Below, one piece after another: positions 7,938-15,690 of a DNA stretch of 34,763 bases. The first letter of the stretch is position 1. Every line of letters starts with the position of its first letter. The translations under genes and the position numbers were made by a program. The DNA is from a virus. Its lineage: Duplodnaviria > Caudoviricetes. The DNA is taken from positions 1 to 34,763 of the IMG/VR virus record IMGVR_UViG_3300049172_000065; one strand, written 5' to 3'. The notes under the pieces were generated by a model. The model did no database searches. It worked only from the letters and a program-made list of their open reading frames with translations, and was not told where the DNA came from.

Positions 7938-8115
7938 GGGTCTCGTCCTCTGCCAGCGTCTGCTCCCAGGGGCGTTCGACGGGCTGAGGGATAGGCCCAT
8001 GTGGGCCGTCAGGCTCAGGAGTCCTGCAGGTATGGGCGGCCCGGTAGTGGACCCACTCCATGCCGCTGAGGGTGGGGACCTGGATCACCGAGAGGCTGCA
8101 GTGCTTGCAGTTCAT
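7930..8115 (-). CDS. Small Zn-ribbon-like protein
   Basis: CKHC...H...C; coupled in operon. Confidence 0.55.
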   Translation of the reverse strand: MNCKHCSLSVIQVPTLSGMEWVHYRAAHTCRTPEPDGPHGPIPQPVERPWEQTLAEDETHD

Positions 8116-8423
8116 CGGTGACTCCGAAGGTTCACTGGGTCAGGATCAAGCGACCAGGCGGGTTCCTGTGGCTCTCGAAAGGGCACGCCACTGACGGACC
8201 GCTGGACCATGCGGCGCAGCGCCTGAGTCGCATCAGCAGCCGGCGCGAGGCTCCCGCAGCCGATGACCCGCAGAGTTTCCACAGCCAGGTCCAGGCACTC
8301 CGGGAACCGTTGCGGGTCAGACCAGGGGGCGTTGAAGATCTCGGCCTTGATCGCCTCGTACTCCTCAGGGGTGAGGAGCGGTTGACGGGTGGTGGTCGGC
8401 GGGTCCCACGGGTCGGCGGTCAC
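8112..8423 (-). CDS. Hypothetical protein
   Basis: GTGA/ATGA overlaps; AGGAG RBS. Confidence 0.6.
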   Translation of the reverse strand: MTADPWDPPTTTRQPLLTPEEYEAIKAEIFNAPWSDPQRFPECLDLAVETLRVIGCGSLAPAADATQALRRMVQRSVSGVPFREPQEPAWSLDPDPVNLRSHR

Positions 8424-8734
8424 GAGATCAACTCCTGGAGCCTGAGGCGGATGTGCGCGCCGTCACGGGAGCCTTCGTCTATGAGCGCACGGACCTCGGT
8501 GAGCAGCTTGAGGGTGTAGCCACGCTGGGATTCGATCGCCCCGGAGTGGTCCCGCATCTCGCACACGAGGGCCCTGTTCGCCATGTCGCGGGCATGCACC
8601 CAGTACTGGATGCGCTTTTCTGGAGCCAAGCAGTCATCGAAGTGCGCCAGTGAGATCTCGATGGGCCACTCAACGCCCTCGCCATACTTCGCGAAGTGGT
8701 CACAGTGCGGTGTTGGGGCCTGCGGTTCGCTCAT
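8420..8734 (-). CDS. Hypothetical protein (MSEPQAPTPHC...)
   Basis: ATGA overlap with the upstream gene. Confidence 0.6.
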   Translation of the reverse strand: MSEPQAPTPHCDHFAKYGEGVEWPIEISLAHFDDCLAPEKRIQYWVHARDMANRALVCEMRDHSGAIESQRGYTLKLLTEVRALIDEGSRDGAHIRLRLQELIS

Positions 8735-9072
8735 GCGTACTCCCGCGCCGTCATGTTCTTGACGAACTCGCGTTCGATCTTGTCGCCGTTGCTCTTCGCG
8801 GGGCACCGGTTGTGCGCGTGCTGACGGGGCGAACCGTCCTTGCGGCGCAGCAAGAGCGCACCGCAGCGCGGGCACGGGGCGTGGCCGTGCTCGTGATGGT
8901 CGGCCATCCGCTTGAGCTCCCAGGGCCAGACGCCACGAACCTCGTGGCCGCAGTCCTCGCAGACCAAAACGATCGGTTGCCTCTGTGTGCCGTACGGGCC
9001 GCCCCAGCCCCTGTCTTCTCGCTTCACGATGAAGCACAGGTAGCGCTCACCGACCCTTGACGGGATGTTCAT
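8731..9072 (-). CDS. Zn-finger hypothetical protein
   Basis: CEDC..HH and CPRC..H...C motifs. Confidence 0.65.
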   Translation of the reverse strand: MNIPSRVGERYLCFIVKREDRGWGGPYGTQRQPIVLVCEDCGHEVRGVWPWELKRMADHHEHGHAPCPRCGALLLRRKDGSPRQHAHNRCPAKSNGDKIEREFVKNMTAREYA

Positions 9073-9962
9073 GCCGCACTCGCCTTCTGCGCCTGCTCCA
9101 GCGCCAGGTAGCGGGCCTTGATCAGGTCCACCAGCGCGACAGGGACACCCTCACCATTCGGGACGGCGGCGTGGTCGATGCCCAACTTCCGGGCAGTGGC
9201 TGCCAGTTCGACCAGTTCGGCGAGTTGCACCGCGTCGGACATGGCCTTCTCGCGGATCTCCCGGGCGTCAGGGACTGACTCGCCATCCTCCAACCACGAC
9301 CGGATCGCCTTCCCGAGTTCGGCGTCAGGTTCCTTGATCACCGACCGGGTCAGTGCGGGGATGCGGGACTTCGACACGGTCAGGGTGTTCTCGTGGTCCA
9401 TGTCGCCGACCAGGTCGAACTCATACTCGATGCCTTCCCGCTGCTCAGGCTTCAGCCCGATCTTGCGGGGGACCTTCTTGCCGCGGTCGTTCTCCTCGAT
9501 CACGTACTCCGTCTTCACCCTGAGAGTGGCGATGACATGGCCGGGATAGGAGATCAGCGCGTCGATCATCCGCCGCTCATCCGGGCGGACGGCCTTCCAT
9601 CCGGAGAAGTTGTTCGAGTTCGTGGCTCGCCGGTCGACCTGCTCGAGCATGCCGTCGACACCCATCCAGTAGTGCGACCAGGAGTCGAGGACGAGGACGT
9701 CGAACCCTTCCTGCCCAGCCTCAGCCAGCAAACCAGTCAGGGCCTCGGGGGCGAACGAGCCAGGGGCAACGGTCTGGAAGTTCCAGCCGTTCACGCCGGC
9801 GTACTTGGACGCGGAGCCACGCTCGGTGTCAATGACCGCGATCCGATCCCCAAGGGCATGAGCGAGGGTCAGGGCAGTCCAGGTCTTCCCACTGCCAGAC
9901 GGGCCACAGAGAGCCACACGTGCCTTCGTGGACGTGCGTGTGGCCGGGGTGAAGCTGCTCAT
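9069..9962 (-). CDS. AAA_24 / Sak4-like ATPase (recombination/annealing)
   Basis: GPSGSGKT Walker A, IAVIDTERGSASKYA, LVLDSWSHYW, EQREGIEYEFD. Confidence 0.85.
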   Translation of the reverse strand: MSSFTPATRTSTKARVALCGPSGSGKTWTALTLAHALGDRIAVIDTERGSASKYAGVNGWNFQTVAPGSFAPEALTGLLAEAGQEGFDVLVLDSWSHYWMGVDGMLEQVDRRATNSNNFSGWKAVRPDERRMIDALISYPGHVIATLRVKTEYVIEENDRGKKVPRKIGLKPEQREGIEYEFDLVGDMDHENTLTVSKSRIPALTRSVIKEPDAELGKAIRSWLEDGESVPDAREIREKAMSDAVQLAELVELAATARKLGIDHAAVPNGEGVPVALVDLIKARYLALEQAQKASAA

Positions 9963-10234
9963 ATCTCCGCCTTCGCTGCCGCCAGGAGCGGCGTCTCACG
10001 CGTCGGGAACACCGGTTCTGCTGCGATCACGTAGATCGGCTCCGGTGCCGCCACCCGCGTATGGGGGTCGTGGATCTTCACTGCCCGGCGGACCCCGCCA
10101 GGGCCCTTCACCCACTCGATGACGGGCGGATCGGCAGCGAGGGCTTCATCCATGGCGCGGCTGTACGCGTTCTCCGTCGACATCTGCTCATCGCAGCGGC
10201 GGGCACGGGTTTCCTGCTTCGTGATGTAGTTCAC
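9959..10234 (-). CDS. Hypothetical protein (MNYITKQETRARR...)
   Basis: GTGA overlap with whiB; GGAGG RBS. Confidence 0.6.
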   Translation of the reverse strand: MNYITKQETRARRCDEQMSTENAYSRAMDEALAADPPVIEWVKGPGGVRRAVKIHDPHTRVAAPEPIYVIAAEPVFPTRETPLLAAAKAEI

Positions 10235-10503
10235 GCCGCCACCTCCTGCTCGGCGAGCCACTCGGCTTCGTACCGCTTCCGTTCCAGCGGCGACAGGCCA
10301 CCCCACAGGCCGGCGCGGGCATGCAGTGACGTCCCGGCCTCGGTGCGCATCGCCAGGTCGAGGCACTGCAGACGCACCGTGCACACCTGGTTGCAGACAC
10401 GGCGGGGGGAGTGCCAGTCCTCGCCGATCTCAGGGAAGAAGGATTCGGTGCCGATAGACAGGCAGGCGGCAGACTCCATCCACGGTTCGCTCTTGTAGAT
10501 CAT
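10231..10503 (-). CDS. whiB: WhiB-family transcriptional regulator
   Basis: WMESAAC...FFPE...VCNQVCTVRLQCL...GLWGGLSPLER: four Cys plus GxWGG. Confidence 0.92.
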   Translation of the reverse strand: MIYKSEPWMESAACLSIGTESFFPEIGEDWHSPRRVCNQVCTVRLQCLDLAMRTEAGTSLHARAGLWGGLSPLERKRYEAEWLAEQEVAA

Positions 10504-10691
10504 TGAGGCTGCCTCTTCTCGGTGGGGAGGTACTCGGGGTAGACGTGTGTCTTTCCGACGTTGCGGTGAGCGAACTGCGGGCACTTGGGGTTGGCGACGT
10601 CGAGAGGTTGGTCGCAGCTGGGGCAGGGACAGTCACATCCCCTGCCCCACTGGATGGGGCAGAGGTCCCGGTGACCCAGCCACGCAGTCAT
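10500..10691 (-). CDS. Small Cys-rich protein
   Basis: Six Cys in 63 aa; ATGA overlaps. Confidence 0.55.
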   Translation of the reverse strand: MTAWLGHRDLCPIQWGRGCDCPCPSCDQPLDVANPKCPQFAHRNVGKTHVYPEYLPTEKRQPQ

Positions 10692-10834
10692 GGCGTCTCC
10701 TCGGGCGGGTGTCGATGCCCCCCGACCCAGCGGGCGATCACGTCCGGGGTGGTGACGTCCGGTTCATCAGCCGGCCAGGTCGGGCGGAACAGTTCCCGCA
10801 GCGCCGTCTTGAGGTCTTCCCAGCGCTGCCTCAT
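10688..10834 (-). CDS. Hypothetical protein, 48 aa (MRQRWEDLKTAL...)
   Basis: Translated by hand; ATGA overlaps at both ends. Confidence 0.55.
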   Translation of the reverse strand: MRQRWEDLKTALRELFRPTWPADEPDVTTPDVIARWVGGHRHPPEETP

Positions 10835-11310
10835 GAGTCCCCCAGGAGAGCCGCGACCTGAGAGAGGGCTGTGTCGTAGCAGCGCTTCTCGGGGGCAGTG
10901 ACCGCAGACGAAGCGAGCTGGATGAGTTGACGGCGGAGGCTCGCGGCGAAGTCCCGGCGGCCACGTAGATAGGCGTCGTCCACTGCGGACTGGGAGTCAT
11001 CACCGAGGCCGACACGTAGCACCTGGAGGACATCCAACTCATCCCAGCTGCGTGCGCATTCGCCACTGACCCAGGGGTGGCGCTCCATCGCGCCGACCCG
11101 AACGAACATGGAGCCGGTCTTGACCCGCACCACTGAAGCGAATGCGAGCGGCTCCTCGATGGCTGGCTTCACCTGCTCCTCAATGGAGTCCAGCAACTCG
11201 CGCAGGCGATGCCATGCAGGCGTGTTGTTGCGGCTCCTCTCACTGGCCGCGAGGACTAGCCGCAGCGCAGCCAGGTCTTCGCCAGTGAGGTCCACCTTGA
11301 CTTCGGTCAT
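10831..11310 (-). CDS. Hypothetical protein
   Basis: ATGA overlaps. Confidence 0.65.
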   Translation of the reverse strand: MTEVKVDLTGEDLAALRLVLAASERSRNNTPAWHRLRELLDSIEEQVKPAIEEPLAFASVVRVKTGSMFVRVGAMERHPWVSGECARSWDELDVLQVLRVGLGDDSQSAVDDAYLRGRRDFAASLRRQLIQLASSAVTAPEKRCYDTALSQVAALLGDS

Positions 11311-11507
11311 GCATCCCACCTGTGGTCCATACGGGTATCGGCGTGCAGCCCTTGCAGGCGGGCCGTGGGTTCGTCCCGGAACAGCCGCTTACCGCGCGCA
11401 CGGCACCGCTGCACCACGACCACGGCCGGGGCAGCGAACACCGAGATGACGAAGAACACGGCAAACAAGGTCCAGGCGACAGACCCGACCTGACCCAAGA
11501 GGTTCAT
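11307..11507 (-). CDS. Small single-pass membrane protein
   Basis: VAWTLFAVFFVISVFAAPAVVVV hydrophobic span. Confidence 0.6.
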   Translation of the reverse strand: MNLLGQVGSVAWTLFAVFFVISVFAAPAVVVVQRCRARGKRLFRDEPTARLQGLHADTRMDHRWDA

Positions 11508-11743
11508 GACCGGGCCGCCTTCGTGAAGATGTACGCCTCGGTCTCGATGGCGGACAGACCGCCAGCGGTCGCAACACAGGTAGGACACTGGTCACCGAAA
11601 AGCTTGGCGATGAACCAACCCGCCTGAGCGAACGCCTCAAGAGGCAGGTCGGCCTGTGCTGCTGCGGCACGGGATGCATGTCCGCACTGATCGCAGCGCA
11701 TCACCCAGCGGTGGTCCTTCTTACTGACGAACTGACGGCTCAT
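11504..11743 (-). CDS. Zn-ribbon protein (MSRQFVSKK...)
   Basis: CDQC...GW...CPTC; internal ATG with ATGA overlap. Confidence 0.6.
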   Translation of the reverse strand: MSRQFVSKKDHRWVMRCDQCGHASRAAAAQADLPLEAFAQAGWFIAKLFGDQCPTCVATAGGLSAIETEAYIFTKAARS

Positions 11744-12007
11744 CGCCGCACCCCCAGCGGAGAGGTGCGTGACAACTCCGCGTACCGCAGACCAGCCTGC
11801 AACTGGACATGCTCGGCGTACGCCCGGGTCACGCGTCGACGCCTGCTCGAGCAGGCCGTAGATCCGGCCGGCGAAGATGTGCGGCGGGTCGACCTTCACG
11901 GCAGCGACAGGTCGCGGGTCCATGCGCAGCGCCTTGAACCGGGATTTGACGATCCGTTTCGCGTGGGCTGCTGCGGCGGTGGGGGACATGGTTCGTGTGT
12001 CAGTCAT
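11740..12007 (-). pseudogene. Hypothetical gene with an apparent frameshift near 11835
   Basis: GC3-rich codon usage switches frame after ...LLEQ; the alternative frame VTRAYAEHVQLQAGLRYAEL... ends at the ATGA junction at 11740. Confidence 0.45.
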
Positions 12008-12320
12008 CGTCCAACTCCTTAGCCAACCGAATCCCGGCCGGGGTGAGCTTCACTCGCTGGTGGTAGCGGTTGATTGCGACCAATCCGCGGCGTTCCAGTG
12101 CGGCCGAGGATGTCTTGGGAACCACATAGAGGAGCGACCAGGAGACCGACGTGGTCTGACGCTCGTGCAGCAAGGACCGAAGGGCCAGTCGCATCGGCTC
12201 CGTCAGGTCCGTCGCTGCGACTGCACTGCGGAACCCGCAACACAAGGGGCACGGCTCGCCCCCTTTCACGTTCTCGGTGCTGCATTCCGCGCAGTACCAG
12301 ACCGCCTTGCTGCGCTTCAC
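12000..12320 (-). CDS. Zn-ribbon plus winged-helix-like protein
   Basis: CAEC...CPLC; AALERRGLV...VKLTPAGIRLA. Confidence 0.6.
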   Translation of the reverse strand: MKRSKAVWYCAECSTENVKGGEPCPLCCGFRSAVAATDLTEPMRLALRSLLHERQTTSVSWSLLYVVPKTSSAALERRGLVAINRYHQRVKLTPAGIRLAKELDDD

Positions 12321-12607
12321 TTGTTGACCTCCGGGTCATCGTGGGACTCCCAGAGGGAGCTGGTGGATGCGGTTGCGGTAGGCGTGTATTGGGTCGGGGT
12401 GTCCCAAACGATCTGGGACTTGCCGTGATGCCCATGAACGCGCTCGACGTCTCGGACGTCGGCGTAGATGCAGATGCTCGGGGTGTCCGACAGCCAGGCG
12501 ATGACGACTTGCCCCCGGCTGGTCTCCCAGCCCTCAGCGACCACGCCAGTGCCGGACACACCGCTCGGGTCCTCGGTGCGGTGGATCGTGAACGTTGCCC
12601 CGGTCAT
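12317..12607 (-). CDS. Conserved phage hypothetical protein
   Basis: R.ED.SGVSGTGVVAEG...W...VHGH.G motif recalled from many phage genomes. Confidence 0.7.
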   Translation of the reverse strand: MTGATFTIHRTEDPSGVSGTGVVAEGWETSRGQVVIAWLSDTPSICIYADVRDVERVHGHHGKSQIVWDTPTQYTPTATASTSSLWESHDDPEVNK

Positions 12608-12987
12608 GACTCACCAGCCAGCAGGAGATCAGCGAGAGCGAGCGCCTCGGGGTCTCCGGACCAGATCTCCCGCTCGGGCTCATCCAACGTCCCGTCCTCG
12701 AACGCCTTCCACTGCGCCGGGTCGAGGATCATCGGCTTCTTCGCCTCGCGCCGCAGCCACTCAGCCAGCGCCTTGCCCACCTCGGGGTGCACGAGGGCGA
12801 TGTAGCGCGCGTTCTCCTCGGAGGCGCCGCCTCCGCCGTTTGGGCCGTCGCTGACGATCACGCCGTCCTCTACATCGGCCGTCGTCCAGACGCAGAACTC
12901 CCCTGCCTGCCACGGACCCTCGGTCGCTTCCCCTGCCCGCTTGTCGAGCAGGTCAGCGGCAGCGAGCAACCGCTCCGCCGGGGTCAT
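12604..12987 (-). CDS. Hypothetical protein (Ead/Ea22-like motif)
   Basis: ATEGPW...NARYIALVHPEV. Confidence 0.6.
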   Translation of the reverse strand: MTPAERLLAAADLLDKRAGEATEGPWQAGEFCVWTTADVEDGVIVSDGPNGGGGASEENARYIALVHPEVGKALAEWLRREAKKPMILDPAQWKAFEDGTLDEPEREIWSGDPEALALADLLLAGES

Positions 12988-13124
12988 CGGAGGGCCTCCC
13001 GCGCTGCGCAGTACAAGCAGGTGGGGTCGGTGTAGGTGCGCTTCAGGTGGCGTTTGTGGGCCCTATCCAGCCACGAGTAGAAGCCGTTCGGTGCCTTGCG
13101 CCAGGACCACACGCGGGCGCTCAT
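12984..13124 (-). CDS. Hypothetical protein, 46 aa, HxxH...CxxC
   Basis: Translated by hand; ATGA overlaps at both ends. Confidence 0.55.
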   Translation of the reverse strand: MSARVWSWRKAPNGFYSWLDRAHKRHLKRTYTDPTCLYCAAREALR

Positions 13125-13447
13125 GACTGGCCACCGCTTCTCGGCCTCACGTGCACGGTTAGAGATCCGTCCACGAGGATTTCCTCTATCGCTGCACCGG
13201 AGTGGATGGAGAACAGGTCCTGCTTACGGCGAGCGGAAGGCATGGCGTGCACCCAGTTGTGCAGCACGCCCGTTCCGGCGTCGACGATGATGTCCACGTG
13301 ACCTGCGGGGTCGGCCATGGCCCGCACCCACATCAACTCGGGGTGGGCTTTCATCAGGTCGGCCAGGCGGGCGATGCCCTCATGAAACGACTGGACCGAG
13401 TACACGCCGGCTGTTGCGCCCAGGCCGCCCGGGATCGACTCGGTCAT
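13121..13447 (-). CDS. Hypothetical protein
   Basis: ATGA overlaps. Confidence 0.6.
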   Translation of the reverse strand: MTESIPGGLGATAGVYSVQSFHEGIARLADLMKAHPELMWVRAMADPAGHVDIIVDAGTGVLHNWVHAMPSARRKQDLFSIHSGAAIEEILVDGSLTVHVRPRSGGQS

Positions 13448-13887
13448 GAGGGCTCACCTGCCCGGAGTGCTGCAGCGCGGTTGCGGAGGTACTTGTCGAC
13501 GACATCGCCTCTGGTTTTCGTGATGCCGCGGCGCGAAGTGGCCGCCTCTTCCAGCGCTTCGGCCTTCACGGTGGCTTCGTCGCGGAACACGTCCGCGGCG
13601 ATGAGGACATCGGCAACGTCGAAGGCTTGCGCGTGGACCAGATACTCGTAGCCGGCCTCGATCACGTCGCTATTCGCCAGAGCCTCAGCGATGCGCTCCC
13701 GGCTAACGACCGGGGCTGCGAGATCGGCCTTCGACGGCAGGGCTTCGGCCTTCGCGTCGCGGAACACGTCCGCGCCGAGCAGAGCGTCAGCCAGGTACTC
13801 GGCGGGTGTGGGCATCTGGCGAAGCTGGGCTTCCCGGATCGCCTCGATCAGACGCTGCCGGTTGACGACCGGGATTGCCTCGGTCAT
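13444..13887 (-). CDS. Hypothetical protein with two copies of a PVV.R...ADVFRD module
   Basis: Internal duplication; paralogous to the next gene. Confidence 0.7.
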   Translation of the reverse strand: MTEAIPVVNRQRLIEAIREAQLRQMPTPAEYLADALLGADVFRDAKAEALPSKADLAAPVVSRERIAEALANSDVIEAGYEYLVHAQAFDVADVLIAADVFRDEATVKAEALEEAATSRRGITKTRGDVVDKYLRNRAAALRAGEPS

Positions 13888-14240
13888 AAGGACTCACCTG
13901 CTTCACGGGCCTTGGCGGCGAGAGTGTGCAACTGGCCCTTGAACCAGTCGCGCTGGTCCAACCATTCCGCCATCACGGGCAGGTCTAGATCATCGGCCGC
14001 CTCTTCAGCGATCTCGGCGACCTTCTCTGCCAGTTCGGCCTTCACGGTGGCTTCGTCGCGGAACAGCTCAGCCTTGATCAGGACATCTGCTACGTGCTCC
14101 GCGTGCTCGATGTAGTCGAAGCCACCTGGGAACCCCAGTCCACATACGCATCCCGGCTCTCCGAGGTTGCTGTCTGCGACGTATCGGTGGGCCCTCTGCA
14201 GCTCGATCAGGCGGTCCCGGTTGACGACCGGGGCGCTCAC
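13884..14240 (-). CDS. Hypothetical protein with one PVVNR...ELFRDEATVKAE module
   Basis: Shares an exact 32-bp repeat with the neighbouring gene. Confidence 0.7.
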   Translation of the reverse strand: MSAPVVNRDRLIELQRAHRYVADSNLGEPGCVCGLGFPGGFDYIEHAEHVADVLIKAELFRDEATVKAELAEKVAEIAEEAADDLDLPVMAEWLDQRDWFKGQLHTLAAKAREAGESL

Positions 14241-14392
14241 TTCTTGTTCCCCTGGTTCTTCTGGGCCCGCTTCGCCGCGACCTCGTCACGCTGACGGCGG
14301 TTACGGTCGAGCTCGTCCTGGATGCCGTCGAAGACGCGGCCCGCTTTCGTGAGCGGCGCCTTGCCGGCTGGCTTCCTGCTGAAGATCCCCAT
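14237..14392 (-). CDS. Small basic protein (MGIFSRKPAGK...)
   Basis: TGATG and GTGA coupling. Confidence 0.55.
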   Translation of the reverse strand: MGIFSRKPAGKAPLTKAGRVFDGIQDELDRNRRQRDEVAAKRAQKNQGNKK

Positions 14393-14556
14393 CACGCACC
14401 GACCAAGATCACGCCGACGATGAACGCGGCGTTGATCGCGACAACAATCGCCGCGGTGAGCGGCTCCGTGGGCTTGCGCGGCTTGCCGATGTTTCCGATG
14501 ACGGCGAACGCGGTCATCGTCCACCATCCGATGAGCAACCACTCGAACCAGTTCAT
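14392..14556 (-). CDS. Small two-TM membrane protein, 54 aa (MNWFEWLLIGWW...)
   Basis: Translated by hand; AAGGGGAG RBS; two hydrophobic spans around IGKPRKP. Confidence 0.65.
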   Translation of the reverse strand: MNWFEWLLIGWWTMTAFAVIGNIGKPRKPTEPLTAAIVVAINAAFIVGVILVGA

Positions 14557-14579
14557 GCGATACTCCCCTTGTAGTGGTT

Positions 14580-14711
14580 GGGGTCAGCCCTCGTCTTTGC
14601 GGATGGGGGGCTGGCCCCTTCTTGTGTGCTGTTCAGGTTTGGAGCCGCTACCCGTCACCGCTCGGACAGGACGACGGGGGGGCGCGTCCTCGGCAAGATG
14701 ACGGGTAGCGG
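14580..14711. other. Structured intergenic region with two long hairpins
   Basis: Stem 14580-14618, and perfect 13-bp stem CCGCTACCCGTCA/TGACGGGTAGCGG spanning 14645-14711. Confidence 0.65.
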
Positions 14712-14714
14712 GTA

Positions 14715-14909
14715 TTAGGCGACCGTCCGCGTGTTCCGGTCGATGTACTTCTGCAGGTCGGCCTCGGAGATCCGCTGCACGGAACTGACCGTCACGGCCG
14801 GGAGCTTGCCGGCGGAGATCAGGCGGTACACGGTGTTGCGCGAGACCTTCAGGCGCTTGGCGACCTGGGGGATGGTGAGGACTTCCGCGGGGATGCGGGT
14901 ATCGGTCAC
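14715..14909 (-). CDS. xis: Excisionase (HTH_17 / MerR-like Xis family)
   Basis: LTIPQVAKRLKVSRNTVYRLISAGKLPAV...RISEADLQKYI. Confidence 0.85.
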   Translation of the reverse strand: MTDTRIPAEVLTIPQVAKRLKVSRNTVYRLISAGKLPAVTVSSVQRISEADLQKYIDRNTRTVA

Positions 14910-15004
14910 GAGATCACCAGCCAAATCAGTAGGAGGGCGGCGGCGGGGGCGGCGACTGAGAGGCAACCCCATTTGGGCTTCGGCGCCTCTTTGAGTAGTC
15001 GCAT
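14906..15004 (-). CDS. 32-aa hydrophobic peptide, first gene of the early operon
   Basis: GGGGAG RBS; MRLLKEAPKPKWGCLSVAAPAAALLLIWLVIS; GTGA overlap with xis. Confidence 0.5.
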   Translation of the reverse strand: MRLLKEAPKPKWGCLSVAAPAAALLLIWLVIS

Positions 15005-15016
15005 TCGGCTCTCCCC

Positions 15017-15196
15017 TGTGTCGTCGTGGATCGTAGTGTGTCTTGCTGTGTCAGCGACGATACGCCGGGGTGTGTGACATGCGCAATAGGGAAGGTGGGT
15101 CAATCTGTGTCAGCGTGTGCCGCGATGGGTCTAGACGTGCCAGTCTGTGCCATGTACGGTGATGCACACTGAGACGCCGTGAAACACCTAGAGACA
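15017..15196. promoter_or_regulatory. Divergent lysis/lysogeny control region with 10-bp-phased TGTGTC-like repeats
   Basis: Plus-strand promoter TAGACG (15132-15137)-N17-TACGGT (15155-15160); minus-strand -10 TACGAT (15030-15035); phased hexamers across both. Confidence 0.7.
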
Positions 15197-15215
15197 AGAG
15201 GAGGTGAAACGGAGC

Positions 15216-15557
15216 ATGCTTCTTTTCATGATCGACACGCAGGGCCGCGTCAGAATCGGCGAAACCATCAAGGCCGTCATGGCTTGGGAGGGCTACACCG
15301 GCGTCGGTATCGACAGCACCGGACGCGTCAGCCGCGCCACCATCAACAGGGCGAAGCGCGGCGATCAGATCTCAGACGCCATGCTCCGGGCACTGGGAGA
15401 CACCCTCGGCCTCCCCAGGGACTACCTGCTGTACGTCGGCATAGGGGATGTCCGAAAGATCCAGGCGTCCGGCGCCGACCCGGACCTCATCCGCTGGACC
15501 ACAGACCTGGTCCTTTCGAGTCACTCTCAGGACGACGAGGCAACGGGTAATGCATAG
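15216..15557 (+). CDS. Xre-like HTH regulator 1 (candidate immunity repressor; start uncertain, 15204-15228)
   Basis: RIGETIKA...GRVSRATINRAKRGDQISDAMLRALGDTLGLPRD HTH pattern; divergent from xis. Confidence 0.7.
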   Translation: MLLFMIDTQGRVRIGETIKAVMAWEGYTGVGIDSTGRVSRATINRAKRGDQISDAMLRALGDTLGLPRDYLLYVGIGDVRKIQASGADPDLIRWTTDLVLSSHSQDDEATGNA

Positions 15558-15690
15558 ACGACACGCGGAGTTACCGAATCGAGACGTAACTACCCGTAAC
15601 TTATTAACCGGTCAAACGGATGAAGGGGTAGGGGCCCGACTGCGGGGGCGGCCGAGTCGCTACCAACTCAAACGGCGGATCGGAAGAGGT

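Noticed and set aside
13558-14065. Diversity-generating retroelement TR/VR pair
   Set aside because: The repeat is a short exact 32-mer without adenine-specific mismatches, and no reverse transcriptase is in the window.
15017-15196. CRISPR-like array
   Set aside because: Repeats are degenerate hexamers at 10-bp period with no spacers, and no cas genes are present.
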